NCBI GenBank assembly: GCA_037146775.1
Contig: JBAWWL010000007.1
Span: 1,536 to 65,535 of the forward strand
Length of the DNA: 64,000 bases
From: Candidatus Omnitrophota bacterium
GTDB taxonomy: Bacteria > Omnitrophota > Gorgyraeia > Duberdicusellales > 4484-171
Reading direction: 5' to 3'
A program made the position numbers and the translations under genes. Shown piece after piece: positions 29,622 through 40,030 of the stretch (positions are counted from its first letter, which is position 1; each line of letters opens with the position of its first letter). The notes beneath the pieces are model-generated. The model saw only the letters and a list, made by a program, of their open reading frames with translations, ran no database searches and had not been told where the DNA came from.

Positions 29622-31967
29622 ATGCAATTTGAGGAAAGAAAAGACAAGAAATGGATCATTGAAAATATCCCGCAGGAATTAAAAGCACTTCCCAACTGGG
29701 TCGGGTTTAAATTCATCCCGCAAGAAGGCAAAAAGCCCAAGAAAGACCCGATCAATGTCGCGACCGGCGGCCATGCTAAGTCTAACGATTCGAAAACATG
29801 GCGCCCATTTGATGAGGTTATCGCGAAAGCCGAAACGCTGAATTTTGACGCAATAGGCATTGCTGTTGTCGAGCCGTATATCGTTTGCGATATTGATCAT
29901 TCTGTTCGCGAAAAAATTATTGCACCGCTCGCAAAGAAAATAATATCCGCTTTTCCCAGTTACACCGAATATTCACCGAGTAAGACCGGCATTCATATTG
30001 TTGGCAAAGGCAAAATCCCAAGAGATCGTAAATTTACCACGCTCGACGTTGAGATGTATTCCGGCAGTAGGTTCTTTACTTTCACCGGCGACCTTGTGCC
30101 GGAGTGTCCTCAAGATATACGCGAAGTGGATATTTCGAAGCTCTACGGTGAGCTCGAGCAGATGGATGATGCGAATAAGCAGATCGACGCACTCTTCAAA
30201 CGCATAAAAAAGAGTAATGACGACACGTTTTTCGCGCTCTATGAAGGCAAGTGGCAGGATTCATATCCTTCTCAATCCGAGGCAGACCTTGCTCTGTGCA
30301 ATAAACTCGCCTTCTGGACGGGCAAGGATCCGGCGTTCATGGATTTGCTTTTCCGCAGGTCGGGCCTCATGCGCCCCAAGTGGGATGAAAAACATTTTAG
30401 CGACGGACGGACTTACGGCCAGTCGCTGATTGAGAAAGCCGTTGAGAGTTGCGCCAACTTCTATCACTCGTCAGGAAATGAATTTAAACACAAGCCCACT
30501 CAAGGCGAAATCATTACCTGCGACTGCGAGGAGAACAGTAAAGACTTTTTCCGCGATCAACATGGCAATTCAATAATCGTGCTTCCAGTCAGTGACCACC
30601 TCGAAGTGTGCCCTACAACGAGCACGAGTTTCAGGAATTGGACAGCTACCCGCTATCGTGAGAAATACGGTGTGCCACCCAAGACAGACGCAATCAATCA
30701 GGCGAAAGTTCAGATTGAGGCGCGGTGCGCGGCTTCCCGTCAGGTTGAATTATTTAATCGTGTCGGCTGGCATGATAACAAGATTTTCTTCGACTTGACC
30801 ACTGCAGATCATAAAGGCGTTGAGATCGACAGAATTGGTTGGAGAGTTGTTGGTATTCCTCCAATGTTCAGGCGTTATCAACATCAGGCTGAACAGGTCG
30901 TGCCGGTAGCTGGATGCGACCCGAAAGATTTCCTGCGGTTCTGCAATATCTCGATAGATGATCGTTGCCTTTTTATGGCGCTTATCGCTTCGTATTTTAT
31001 TCCAAATATTCCGCACGTTATTTTAAGCCAGACCGGCGAACAGGGATCTGGTAAATCGAACAACTCCCGCAAGATTAAAAGTTTGGTTGATCCCTCGCGT
31101 GTCACGCTCATCTCAAGCCCGAAAGATCTGGAACACGCGCAAATGATCGGCGAGAAACACTGGCTTATCTCATTTGATAATATCTCCAGAATTCCCGATT
31201 GGCTAAGTGACTACTATTGCCGTGGCGTGACAGGCGAAGGTGATATGAAACGAAGCCTGTACACCAATGACGATGAGTTTATCCGTTCATATCGCAGGTG
31301 TTTTGTTTTAAACGGTATCGGCTCATCCATGTATCGGCCTGATTTGCTTGATCGCTCGATCATCTTTGAAATTCCCATACTCAAAAGCTCCCGGCCGGAG
31401 AACGCCATGAATGAAGAATGGCACAAATCTCTACCGGGCATCTTAGGCGGGTTCTTCACTGTGGTTTCAAAAGCCATGAGTCGTGTGTCGCAAGTCAGCG
31501 GCCATGAGAAATTCCGCATGTCTGACTTCGCCCAGTGGGGCGGTGCTCTTGCCGAGGCTCTCGGGTATTCGCAGGATGAGTTTTTTAAGAAGTATCAGGA
31601 GTCCGTTGATCGCAAATGGCAGGACACCGCGGAGGACAGCGTATTTGCCAAAAGGATTACTGAATTCTTGGAGAGGCATGGCGGTTACTGGTCGGGTTCG
31701 CCCGCGGAACTTCTTTCTGAAATAAAGCCGGAAGATGATGAGAAAGGAATCCCCAAGACGGCCAAGTGGCTGTCGAATGAGCTGGTCAGGATCGCGCCGG
31801 TTATGCGTAATGTGGGCATTGACATCATCAAGGATAAACGCGAAGGCGGTACCGGCAGGCGCATTTTTGTTCTCAAGAAATGTGAGCGAAAAACTTGTGA
31901 GGATGGTGTGAGGATCGGGCAATTTTGTGAGGATGGCCATGAGGTGGACAGTGACCGGCCATTCTGA
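29622..31967 (+). CDS. NrS-1-like primase-polymerase fused to P-loop helicase/ATPase
   Basis: IPQELKALPNWV, CDID, EYSPSKTGIH, EMYSGSRFFT, SQSEADLAL, GEQGSGKS. Confidence 0.88.
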   Translation: MQFEERKDKKWIIENIPQELKALPNWVGFKFIPQEGKKPKKDPINVATGGHAKSNDSKTWRPFDEVIAKAETLNFDAIGIAVVEPYIVCDIDHSVREKIIAPLAKKIISAFPSYTEYSPSKTGIHIVGKGKIPRDRKFTTLDVEMYSGSRFFTFTGDLVPECPQDIREVDISKLYGELEQMDDANKQIDALFKRIKKSNDDTFFALYEGKWQDSYPSQSEADLALCNKLAFWTGKDPAFMDLLFRRSGLMRPKWDEKHFSDGRTYGQSLIEKAVESCANFYHSSGNEFKHKPTQGEIITCDCEENSKDFFRDQHGNSIIVLPVSDHLEVCPTTSTSFRNWTATRYREKYGVPPKTDAINQAKVQIEARCAASRQVELFNRVGWHDNKIFFDLTTADHKGVEIDRIGWRVVGIPPMFRRYQHQAEQVVPVAGCDPKDFLRFCNISIDDRCLFMALIASYFIPNIPHVILSQTGEQGSGKSNNSRKIKSLVDPSRVTLISSPKDLEHAQMIGEKHWLISFDNISRIPDWLSDYYCRGVTGEGDMKRSLYTNDDEFIRSYRRCFVLNGIGSSMYRPDLLDRSIIFEIPILKSSRPENAMNEEWHKSLPGILGGFFTVVSKAMSRVSQVSGHEKFRMSDFAQWGGALAEALGYSQDEFFKKYQESVDRKWQDTAEDSVFAKRITEFLERHGGYWSGSPAELLSEIKPEDDEKGIPKTAKWLSNELVRIAPVMRNVGIDIIKDKREGGTGRRIFVLKKCERKTCEDGVRIGQFCEDGHEVDSDRPF

Positions 31968-32190
31968 TTTTGTGAGGATTGAGATGTATCCTCACGCAAA
32001 CTCACAGGCATCCTCACAGGGTCAACACGCCTGTTCACAAGTAGTTACACCAATCTGTGAGGATTGTGAGGCTATTTTCTTTAAAGTAGTAAGAAAGAAA
32101 AATATATAGGAAAGCTCATAAAAACTCACACGCAAATACATGAGGTTTAAGGATAGGGATTTTAGCCTCACGAACCTCACAAGCTCACAA
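31896..32190. repeat. Iteron cluster / putative replication origin
   Basis: More than ten TGTGAG(GAT)/CTCAC copies in both orientations around an AT-rich tract near 32073-32125. Confidence 0.8.
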
Positions 32191-32258
32191 AAGGAGGTGA
32201 TGTCTGGGCAGGTGTAGAAGCGGAAAAACAATTGGCAATGTAATTAACATTTAACTAA

Positions 32259-32948
32259 ATGAAAGGAAAAACCATGAAACTGAATTTTTTGAACGCGTTA
32301 AACGGTAAGGTCAATCACGAAGAGATTGCCGAGCAGATCATCGCTCTGGAAATCAAACAAAAGGAATGCGAGAACGAGCGGAACCTCTCAAAGATTCTCT
32401 GCAAGGAAGTCCGGGGCAAGACCCTGTGCGGGGAAAAGATAAGCCCCGACGTCATTAAAAGCGCGGATAAAGGCTACGAGGAGGCATTGCTTAATCTCGA
32501 GATCGTTACCGAAGGCCTCGAGGAGCTCGGGAAAAAGCTCACTGTTGAGCTTGAGGCATACAGGCAAGACGAGGCAAAACGGATCGCTAATATGCGCAGT
32601 AAGCTTGAACAGGAGCGCGAGAAGGTCATGCGGGAGTTCGCCAAGGCCAAAGGAAGGCTGTTAGGGCTGGCTTTCGGTATTTACGGCCACCCGGCGGTTG
32701 CACGCAGGCACCTTGAGGTTTTACGGAGTTTTACCTATACCAATACGGATCAGTTTTCCGAGGAGTTCGAGGCTGAGCAAAACAAAACAGTCGCCGAGTT
32801 AAAACGTCCGACCTTTGCCGATCTTGATGAGGAGTGTCAGCAGAAAGACCGCTGGCTATCTTCTTTTAATATCGATGAAGAGTATGCCCGCATTCTCAAG
32901 AAGTATCGGGATCAGCATGGGGTTGAAGGTCAGCCGGTTGAGTCGTAG
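32259..32948 (+). CDS. Hypothetical coiled-coil protein
   Basis: Helical, E/K-rich; likely start MKLNF after AAAGGA. Confidence 0.75.
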   Translation: MKGKTMKLNFLNALNGKVNHEEIAEQIIALEIKQKECENERNLSKILCKEVRGKTLCGEKISPDVIKSADKGYEEALLNLEIVTEGLEELGKKLTVELEAYRQDEAKRIANMRSKLEQEREKVMREFAKAKGRLLGLAFGIYGHPAVARRHLEVLRSFTYTNTDQFSEEFEAEQNKTVAELKRPTFADLDEECQQKDRWLSSFNIDEEYARILKKYRDQHGVEGQPVES

Positions 32949-33073
32949 AGGCAAAGGACTGCGGAGGAGCCTGCGCGGGGTTTTCCTTTTTGTTTCCCTT
33001 CGTGCTGGCTTTGCCGGAGAAGCGCGTCCGGCAGGGGCGGTCTTGTTACCCGACCTCTTCGCACGCCCCCTTT

Positions 33074-33128
33074 TTTACGGGTCCTTGGAAGGGGGTGTCG
33101 GCCGAGGGTCGGGCGAGGCGCGGGCTTT
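33074..33128 (+). other. Lambda-like cos (cosQ/cosN-like) sequence
   Basis: TTTACGGGTCCTT, then a G-rich tract and CGCGGGCTTT, resembling the lambda cos as recalled. Confidence 0.6.
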
Positions 33129-33461
33129 GAGTGATGTCAGTTTTTGAAAATGTCATGTCGTGGTCGTATAGGCATATTTCGGGGTGTCCGGTTGGTAATG
33201 GCTCAAAAAGGCGTTTACCGTCGGGAAAACGGCTCAATTTTGGCTCAAAATCGGTTCAAAAACGATGTCCTACGAGTCGGACATATACGACATTTTCGAT
33301 GTCCGAATGTCCTATTGGTAGCGACAGGAAAATCAACTCGCATAAAACAAGGCGCGCTTCCATTTTTAAAAGAATAATACTTGATTTTTTGTCTCTTGTG
33401 CAATATAATGCAAGATATGCAAGATAGATCGAAGAATACAATCTCGCCGGAGCAAAATCCT

Positions 33462-33647
33462 ATGGATATCGTCAAACAATTAGAGCTTTACCGTTTGGAG
33501 AACAGAATTACTCAAGATGAGCTTGCTAAGGAGATCGGCGTCAATTTCTCCACAGTGAGCCGGTGGCTCAATGGTAAAACCACTCCGAATAAGATTCAGC
33601 AGTATCATATAGAAAAATTATTAAAGCAAAAGGCAACGAGAAAATAA
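33462..33647 (+). CDS. XRE-family HTH regulator heading the defence cargo
   Basis: TQDELAKEIGVNFSTVSRWLNG; upstream TCTTG..CAAGA palindrome around TATAAT. Confidence 0.88.
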   Translation: MDIVKQLELYRLENRITQDELAKEIGVNFSTVSRWLNGKTTPNKIQQYHIEKLLKQKATRK

Positions 33648-33654
33648 AGTATTT

Positions 33655-36600
33655 ATGAAAAACGATTCGTCAAAAATATCAAAGATGAAATTGCAGATCG
33701 AAGAGTGGAAGAAAAGACTCATAGATCTAACGCGAAGGAATCAGCTTGTTTTTTTTAATTCCACGAAAAAAAGCACTATTGAAATTAAACATCCTTCTTT
33801 CGAAGATGTGTTCAGTTCGCTATTCAATGAAAAGAAATTTAGTGTTTGGTTGCCACCAAAGGATGATGAAAATAATAAATTAAGTGACAGCGAAAAAGAG
33901 GATCTTTTTAATAGTAGCCCAGCGGACGATGATGAGTATAATTTAAGAGATAATGAGTTAGCTTTCGTTTTATCTGAGCGGAAGGAAACTGAACGTAGAA
34001 TAAAGAGCATTTATAGAAAAGCGTCCTCAGATTACCTTGAAAAAGGCATAAGAACGTCTATAGTTGCTTTTGGTTTACTATGGTGGAAAGAAAAGGATTC
34101 TCACGAAGAAGTATGCTCTCCTTTGTTGTTGTATTCAGTCGAGATATTGCAGGCCACTCCTGAAGAACCATATAAAATCCTTGGATCAGAAGAAGATGTT
34201 ATTTTAAATCCCGCAATTCAAGTCAAGATGAATTGGGATTTCAAAATTCAATTGCCCGAACCGGATTTTGATTCTGATGATTGGAATCTTGATGCATATT
34301 TATCTTCAATAGAAAAACTTGGCAAGCGGGACGGTTGGCGCGTTGAAAAGAGGATGTTTCTTGGAAACTTTTCTTTTCATAAGATAGCGATGTATCAGGA
34401 TCTTGCAGTTAATGCTTCAATAATGGAGCAACATCTGATAATAAAAGGGCTCGCAGAAGGATTTTTAGATGAGCGGCTTTGCGTAAATGATATCCCAAAT
34501 GAGAAAGAGCTCGATAATAATGCTGATTCGAAGAGGATGCTTTACATATTAGATGCAGATAGTAGTCAGTCGAAGGCCATTGAGTCTTCGATATGTGGGC
34601 ATAGCTTTGTCTTGAAAGGGCCTCCGGGTACAGGAAAAAGTCAAACTATTAGCAATATAATTGCCGAGTTTCTAGAGGAAGGTAAAACGGTTTTATTTGT
34701 CAGCGAAAAAATGGCGGCCTTGGAGGTTGTTTTTAATCGATTGAAACAGGCTCGATTAACCGATTATTGCCTTGAACTTCACAGCCACAAAGCCAATAAA
34801 AAAGAGGTTGTCAAAGAACTTAAGAGATGCCTAGACGAACAGCCGATCGCTAACAAGAAAGTTACTTCTCTTGAATTAGAAAAACTTCGGGCTCTTCGTA
34901 CTAGATTAAATGAGTATGTTCTTGAGCTACATTTTGTTAGAGATCCACTTGGGGAGAGCATGTATCAAGTGTTTGGAAAATTATCAAGGCTAGATAGAAT
35001 GACGCTTATTCCCATAAAACTTCCCGACGATAGTTTTTCCCCAATTTCATTTCAATCGATGAAAGATTTAATTTCAAGACTTCGGAATTGCTTCATTGTT
35101 ATTGAGGAGGGGCGAGTTTTCCCTTGGCGAGGATTTAAACCGCAAAGATTTACACATAGTTTACGAGCAGATCTTATTGATAAGCTTACAAAAATAAGGT
35201 CACAAATAAGTAAGTTGGATGGGCTTTTTAAGGATCATTCATCTATTTTAGGATTAGACTCTCCAGTTAGTCTTTCTGGATGTAAATGGATGCTTCAGAT
35301 GAGCAGAAAGTTAACCAATAATCCATCCCCGGTCAAGCTGTGGTTTTCCGAAATCGAGAGAAAGCAATTGTTATTAGAGGCACAGAAATATTGCGATTTA
35401 GACGAGCGTTACCAGCTATTAAGGAATGAAGTTCTTGGTGATTTTAACGAAACTTTCTTTGGCCTGACTGTTAGTATAAAAAATGATTTTCAATCAGTTT
35501 GGGGCGACCTAAGCGCCCTAATATCGAAAGATGCGGGCATGGACGCTCAGCTACTTGTTGTTCGAAAAGAACTAGAAGCATTTTCGGATAGCTCTAGGCA
35601 ATATTTAGAAGGTTATATACGGGATGTTCGAGAGATTAAAGAAGCTTTTGGCTTAACGATTCCAGAGAATTATTCGATAGAGCGTATCAAGCAATTAACA
35701 GAACTAGTTTCCCTCCTATTCGTAGAGAATAAGCCTGAGAAGGCGTGGTTTGACCCTGTGGCCCTCAACAGAGCGGTCAATATGATCAAGAAGCTCCGAG
35801 TTTATTGTGAAAAATACTCCCAGCTCACGACTGAAATAGCCTCAAAATATTACACTGGATTCCTAACGCTAGACACCGAACGGTTAATAAAAAACTTTGA
35901 GGGTAGATATAAAAGTATATTCAGATTTTTTATTCCCGGATATTATTTCGATATTAGTCGTATCAAGAAAATCAGCAAAACAAAAAGTTTTCTCGCCACG
36001 ATTGTCACCGATTTAAGGAACGTTAGAGAACTAAAAGAGCTTGAGAACACTTTTAATGTCGAGAGTCCGTCCATAAAAGAAGCCCTTGGGAATTATTTTA
36101 ATGGGTTTGATACAAATCTTGAAGCCACAGAGTTTGCAATTGAGACGGCGGATAAGATCATCCGTCTTGTTGGCGAGCTACCTTTACCCGTAGGCGTCTT
36201 AAATGCCGGGGCTTTTGGTGGAATTGCGCATCCAAATTTGAAAATCATTTCTAGCCGGCTTCATAATACATTAACTGTGTGGTTACGTGAACTTGAGAAA
36301 TTCGGAATAATTGTTTCAGACAAGTGTTTGATGGTAACAAAATTACCCCTTGTCGAAAGTTCCGTTGTTTCACTAAATCAGTATTTTTATGACTTATCTC
36401 TCGCTCTAAAGAATTTAAATATAGTTGTTAATGCAATTGAACAACCTAAACGAGTGGGGCATTTTAATTCATGTTCGGAAATATTTGAAAAATTGGATAG
36501 TCTTGCCCAAATCCGAGATTTTGAGAAAGATATTCAAGGAAGATCAGAAAAACTAAGTCAATCATTTGGTAATAAATTTCTTGGTCTACAAACAAATTGG

Positions 36601-39258
36601 CGAGAAATAGTGAATGCTTTAAATTGGACAAAAGAGTTTACTGGGATGATCGAAGGAGTTCCTCTTTCCGACGATTTTCTTGCCAACGTTATTTCGGGGA
36701 TACGGCCCAAAGAATCTGAAATATCAGAATTGGATTCCGAACGTCAGACGGCCGAAAACAGGATTAAAGAATTCGAAGAATTATTTAACGACAAAGAAGA
36801 TCAATTTCCTCCTGTTCGTCTCGAAAATCTCGATTTCGATCACATCACTATGGATCTAGATCAACTCATCAGTAGGATTGATGATCTTTCGTATTGGCTT
36901 GAATACATCAACATAGCCGGAGAATTACGGAAATACGGGCTATCATCTTTCATAGAAAAGATTGTTGCTATTCCACCCAACCCCGATCAATTAGGTGATA
37001 TTTTTGTTAAATCTTTTTACAATGCATGGGTGAACAAAGTTTCTGAACAAGTTCCGGTGCTGGGTGAGTTTAAGGGTATTAATCATGAAGATACGGTTAC
37101 TGAATTTAGGGCGCTTGACAAGAAATTAAATTCACTCTCATCTTCTTTAATTATTGAGAAATTAAACGAATCAAAAAGTGGCTTGTTGGATGGGGTGCGA
37201 GGCAGTGAGGTATCAGTATTGCGAGACCAATCAGCTCGTGTTCGTCGGCATTTTCCCTTGAGGGTGCTTTTTTCTCGTATTCCGCATTTATTGCTTAAAC
37301 TAAAACCTTGCCTACTTATGAGTCCTCTTTCCGTAAGTCATTTTATTGACCAAACGAACTACAAATTTGATCTTGTAATTTTCGATGAGGCTTCGCAAAT
37401 ATGTTCGGAAGACGCCGTAGGTGCGATTGCGCGAGGTAAACAATTAATTGTAGCTGGAGATAACAAACAATTACCTCCGACTAAGTTTTTTCAAGGAGAT
37501 TCGACTGACGAGGATGATATTGAGGAGTCTAATGAATCATTTGGAGTATATCAAAGCGTTTTAGATGATTGCGAGAGAATAGGATTGACGCCACAGCCTT
37601 TAATGTTGAAATGGCATTATCGAAGTAAGCACGAAGGTTTAATCGCATATTCGAATTTGCGATTTTATGAGAATAAGCTTGTTACATTTCCATGTGCAAA
37701 AGAAAAGCATGACGATTTAGGCATTAAGTTTATTTATGTAAGCGATGGTGTTTTTGATCGTGGAGGGAAAAGGAACAACTTAAAAGAAGCTGAAATAGTT
37801 GCGGATTTGGTTTTTGACCACCTCACTAAGTATGGTGACAGTAAAACATTGGGCGTTGCGACATTAAATCTGCCGCAGAAAGATGCTGTGCTGGATGCTA
37901 TAGAACAAAGGAGAAAAATTCATCCGGAGCTGGACAAATTTTTTCTCACTGATAGACTGTCAGGTTTCTTTGTGAAAAACCTTGAATCAGTACAAGGCGA
38001 TGAGCGCGATGTTATCATTCTGAGTCTCGGGTACGGGCGTGATTCTCAAGGTAGATTCACAATGAATTTCGGGCCAATTAATAAAGATGGTGGTGAAAAA
38101 CGCCTAAATGTTATTGTTACTCGAGCAAAAGAAAAGTTGATTTTAGTAAGCTCAATCAAGGCATCCGATTTTGATTTAAGCAATCTTAATACAGAGGGCG
38201 TTAGACACTTATATCGCTACTTGGACTATGCTGAGAGAGGCAAAGAGGCTCTTGAGCTACAAGATATTACCGATGGAGATGTCGACTCTCCGTTTGAGGA
38301 AGATGTGAAGAATGCAATCAGGGCGTTTGGATTTGACGCGGTTAGTCAAGTTGGTTGTAGTGGATTTAGAATTGATATTGGGGTCATTGATCCTGCTCAT
38401 CCCGGATGTTTCATCTTAGGCGTTGAATGTGATGGCGCCACATATCACTCTGCATTCACAGCTCGAGAGAGAGATAGAATTAGGCAAGAAATCTTAGAGA
38501 AGCTAGGATGGAAAATGCATAGAATTTGGTCGCCGGATTGGTTCTATAGAAAAGCAGAAGAAATCGCAAAATTGAAAGAAGTGATTGATAAGGTGCGGAC
38601 TAATGGTTATTGTTCAGGCGTATCACATAAAAGTCATGAGATAGAAATTCGTTATGATAAACGAGAACCAAATGATTTTAAGGAAAATTTTGTTGACGGG
38701 ATCGTTGAATACTCAATATACAAGCGGAGGAACACGTATCCATCGTATGAATTTAATCTTCCGGAAAGTTGCGAAAAACGAGCTGATATTCTTGTAGAAA
38801 TAGTAAGGCATGAAAGTCCAATCCATGTTGATTTAGTTTCAAGACGTCTTCTTTCGATCTGGGGTATACAGCGTATGGGTTCTGTAGTTGAAGACACGAT
38901 GGATAGAACGGTGAGATATTGTTTAAGAAAGGAATATATCTTCCGAAAAGGTAAATTCCTGTACTCAGATTCGTTATTTGTAGTTAATAATGTTCGAAAA
39001 CCGATTGAGGGCAAGCCTGAGACATTTCGAGACGCCGAGCTCATTTCCGAGGATGAAGTTGAGTTAGCCCTAACACTTTTCATTAAAAATGCAATGAGTA
39101 TCGATAAAGAGGCTCTTATTACTGAGACCGCAAGGCTCTTTGGCTGGGCAAGAAATGGATCAAAAGTGGAGTCTCTTATTGTCAAGGCTTTTGGTGAGCT
39201 TTTAAAGAAAGAACTAATCGTAACAAATAATAATTTAGTTTATCTAAAAACGAATTGA
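33655..39258 (+). CDS. DUF4011-SF1 helicase-Vsr-like nuclease-DUF3320 protein (Hhe-type anti-phage)
   Basis: WKKRLIDLTRRN, GPPGTGKSQTI, FDEASQ, VQGDERD, DSPFEE..ECDG..RDRIRQ..RIWS. Confidence 0.88.
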   Translation: MKNDSSKISKMKLQIEEWKKRLIDLTRRNQLVFFNSTKKSTIEIKHPSFEDVFSSLFNEKKFSVWLPPKDDENNKLSDSEKEDLFNSSPADDDEYNLRDNELAFVLSERKETERRIKSIYRKASSDYLEKGIRTSIVAFGLLWWKEKDSHEEVCSPLLLYSVEILQATPEEPYKILGSEEDVILNPAIQVKMNWDFKIQLPEPDFDSDDWNLDAYLSSIEKLGKRDGWRVEKRMFLGNFSFHKIAMYQDLAVNASIMEQHLIIKGLAEGFLDERLCVNDIPNEKELDNNADSKRMLYILDADSSQSKAIESSICGHSFVLKGPPGTGKSQTISNIIAEFLEEGKTVLFVSEKMAALEVVFNRLKQARLTDYCLELHSHKANKKEVVKELKRCLDEQPIANKKVTSLELEKLRALRTRLNEYVLELHFVRDPLGESMYQVFGKLSRLDRMTLIPIKLPDDSFSPISFQSMKDLISRLRNCFIVIEEGRVFPWRGFKPQRFTHSLRADLIDKLTKIRSQISKLDGLFKDHSSILGLDSPVSLSGCKWMLQMSRKLTNNPSPVKLWFSEIERKQLLLEAQKYCDLDERYQLLRNEVLGDFNETFFGLTVSIKNDFQSVWGDLSALISKDAGMDAQLLVVRKELEAFSDSSRQYLEGYIRDVREIKEAFGLTIPENYSIERIKQLTELVSLLFVENKPEKAWFDPVALNRAVNMIKKLRVYCEKYSQLTTEIASKYYTGFLTLDTERLIKNFEGRYKSIFRFFIPGYYFDISRIKKISKTKSFLATIVTDLRNVRELKELENTFNVESPSIKEALGNYFNGFDTNLEATEFAIETADKIIRLVGELPLPVGVLNAGAFGGIAHPNLKIISSRLHNTLTVWLRELEKFGIIVSDKCLMVTKLPLVESSVVSLNQYFYDLSLALKNLNIVVNAIEQPKRVGHFNSCSEIFEKLDSLAQIRDFEKDIQGRSEKLSQSFGNKFLGLQTNWREIVNALNWTKEFTGMIEGVPLSDDFLANVISGIRPKESEISELDSERQTAENRIKEFEELFNDKEDQFPPVRLENLDFDHITMDLDQLISRIDDLSYWLEYINIAGELRKYGLSSFIEKIVAIPPNPDQLGDIFVKSFYNAWVNKVSEQVPVLGEFKGINHEDTVTEFRALDKKLNSLSSSLIIEKLNESKSGLLDGVRGSEVSVLRDQSARVRRHFPLRVLFSRIPHLLLKLKPCLLMSPLSVSHFIDQTNYKFDLVIFDEASQICSEDAVGAIARGKQLIVAGDNKQLPPTKFFQGDSTDEDDIEESNESFGVYQSVLDDCERIGLTPQPLMLKWHYRSKHEGLIAYSNLRFYENKLVTFPCAKEKHDDLGIKFIYVSDGVFDRGGKRNNLKEAEIVADLVFDHLTKYGDSKTLGVATLNLPQKDAVLDAIEQRRKIHPELDKFFLTDRLSGFFVKNLESVQGDERDVIILSLGYGRDSQGRFTMNFGPINKDGGEKRLNVIVTRAKEKLILVSSIKASDFDLSNLNTEGVRHLYRYLDYAERGKEALELQDITDGDVDSPFEEDVKNAIRAFGFDAVSQVGCSGFRIDIGVIDPAHPGCFILGVECDGATYHSAFTARERDRIRQEILEKLGWKMHRIWSPDWFYRKAEEIAKLKEVIDKVRTNGYCSGVSHKSHEIEIRYDKREPNDFKENFVDGIVEYSIYKRRNTYPSYEFNLPESCEKRADILVEIVRHESPIHVDLVSRRLLSIWGIQRMGSVVEDTMDRTVRYCLRKEYIFRKGKFLYSDSLFVVNNVRKPIEGKPETFRDAELISEDEVELALTLFIKNAMSIDKEALITETARLFGWARNGSKVESLIVKAFGELLKKELIVTNNNLVYLKTN

Positions 39259-39411
39259 TTGAAATTATTGGCGCCAGAAGCTGATTGCTCGAATAATATG
39301 GTTAATCAAAGCGCGGTTGCAGAATTTGAGAAACAAATAAATGATTTGGTTTATGGATACTATGGTTTAACGAAAAAAAATAGACTTACTGGAAAACTCG
39401 GCTGGAGATAA
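39259..39411 (+). pseudogene. Remnant of an Eco57I-like methyltransferase C-terminus
   Basis: AVAEFEKQINDLVYGYYGLTK aligns with KVKEYEHQINQMVYKLYGLTK at the end of 50082..53321. Confidence 0.7.
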
Positions 39412-40029
39412 ATGAATCAAAGAGACATTAAAGAGTTATACTTCATAACCCCGATTGATAATATTCCATCGATATTCCAACATGGGATTATGTCGCATAA
39501 TAAAATTAGGGCAAGCAAGTTATCTCATAAGAGCGTTGCTCATGGAGAAGTCCAGAAGCGCCGGGAGGACAAAGTCATTCCCGGAGGAAAACGCAAGTTG
39601 CATAATTATGTGAATCTGTACTTTAACCCTCGAAATTCAATGATGTATAGTCGTAAAAACTTACATGAAGATCTTTGCGTTTTGGCTGTACATGCGGATG
39701 TTTTAACTCATCAAGGTATTATTATCGCGGATGGAAATGCTTCGAGCAACTATACTCGTTTTTTTGAAACATCCGAAGGCATTAAATCTTTGGATAAAGA
39801 TTCCGTTTTTACTGAAAACTGGTGGGACCCGGATCATTACGAGATGTGTCGAAAACGAAGTGCGGCTTGTGCCGAAGCCTTATTCCCCGATCAATTGCCA
39901 CCATCCAAAATTACAGGGATATATGTATCGAGCGAAGAGGCTCATGGGAAGGTGGCGTCAATTATTGCCGATATTCGTATCAATATACCAGTTATTATAA
40001 ATGGCAAAATGTTTTTTAAGGAGGCTTGA
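39412..40029 (+). CDS. darT: DarT DNA ADP-ribosyltransferase toxin
   Basis: DUF4433-like: LYFIT..NIPSI..GI, YVNLYFNPRNSMMY, DGNA, C-terminal AE. Confidence 0.9.
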   Translation: MNQRDIKELYFITPIDNIPSIFQHGIMSHNKIRASKLSHKSVAHGEVQKRREDKVIPGGKRKLHNYVNLYFNPRNSMMYSRKNLHEDLCVLAVHADVLTHQGIIIADGNASSNYTRFFETSEGIKSLDKDSVFTENWWDPDHYEMCRKRSAACAEALFPDQLPPSKITGIYVSSEEAHGKVASIIADIRINIPVIINGKMFFKEA

Positions 40030-40030
40030 A

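Noticed and set aside
32815-33475. Several overlapping short ORFs
   Set aside because: No recognisable motifs; the region is better explained as cos-like and promoter DNA.
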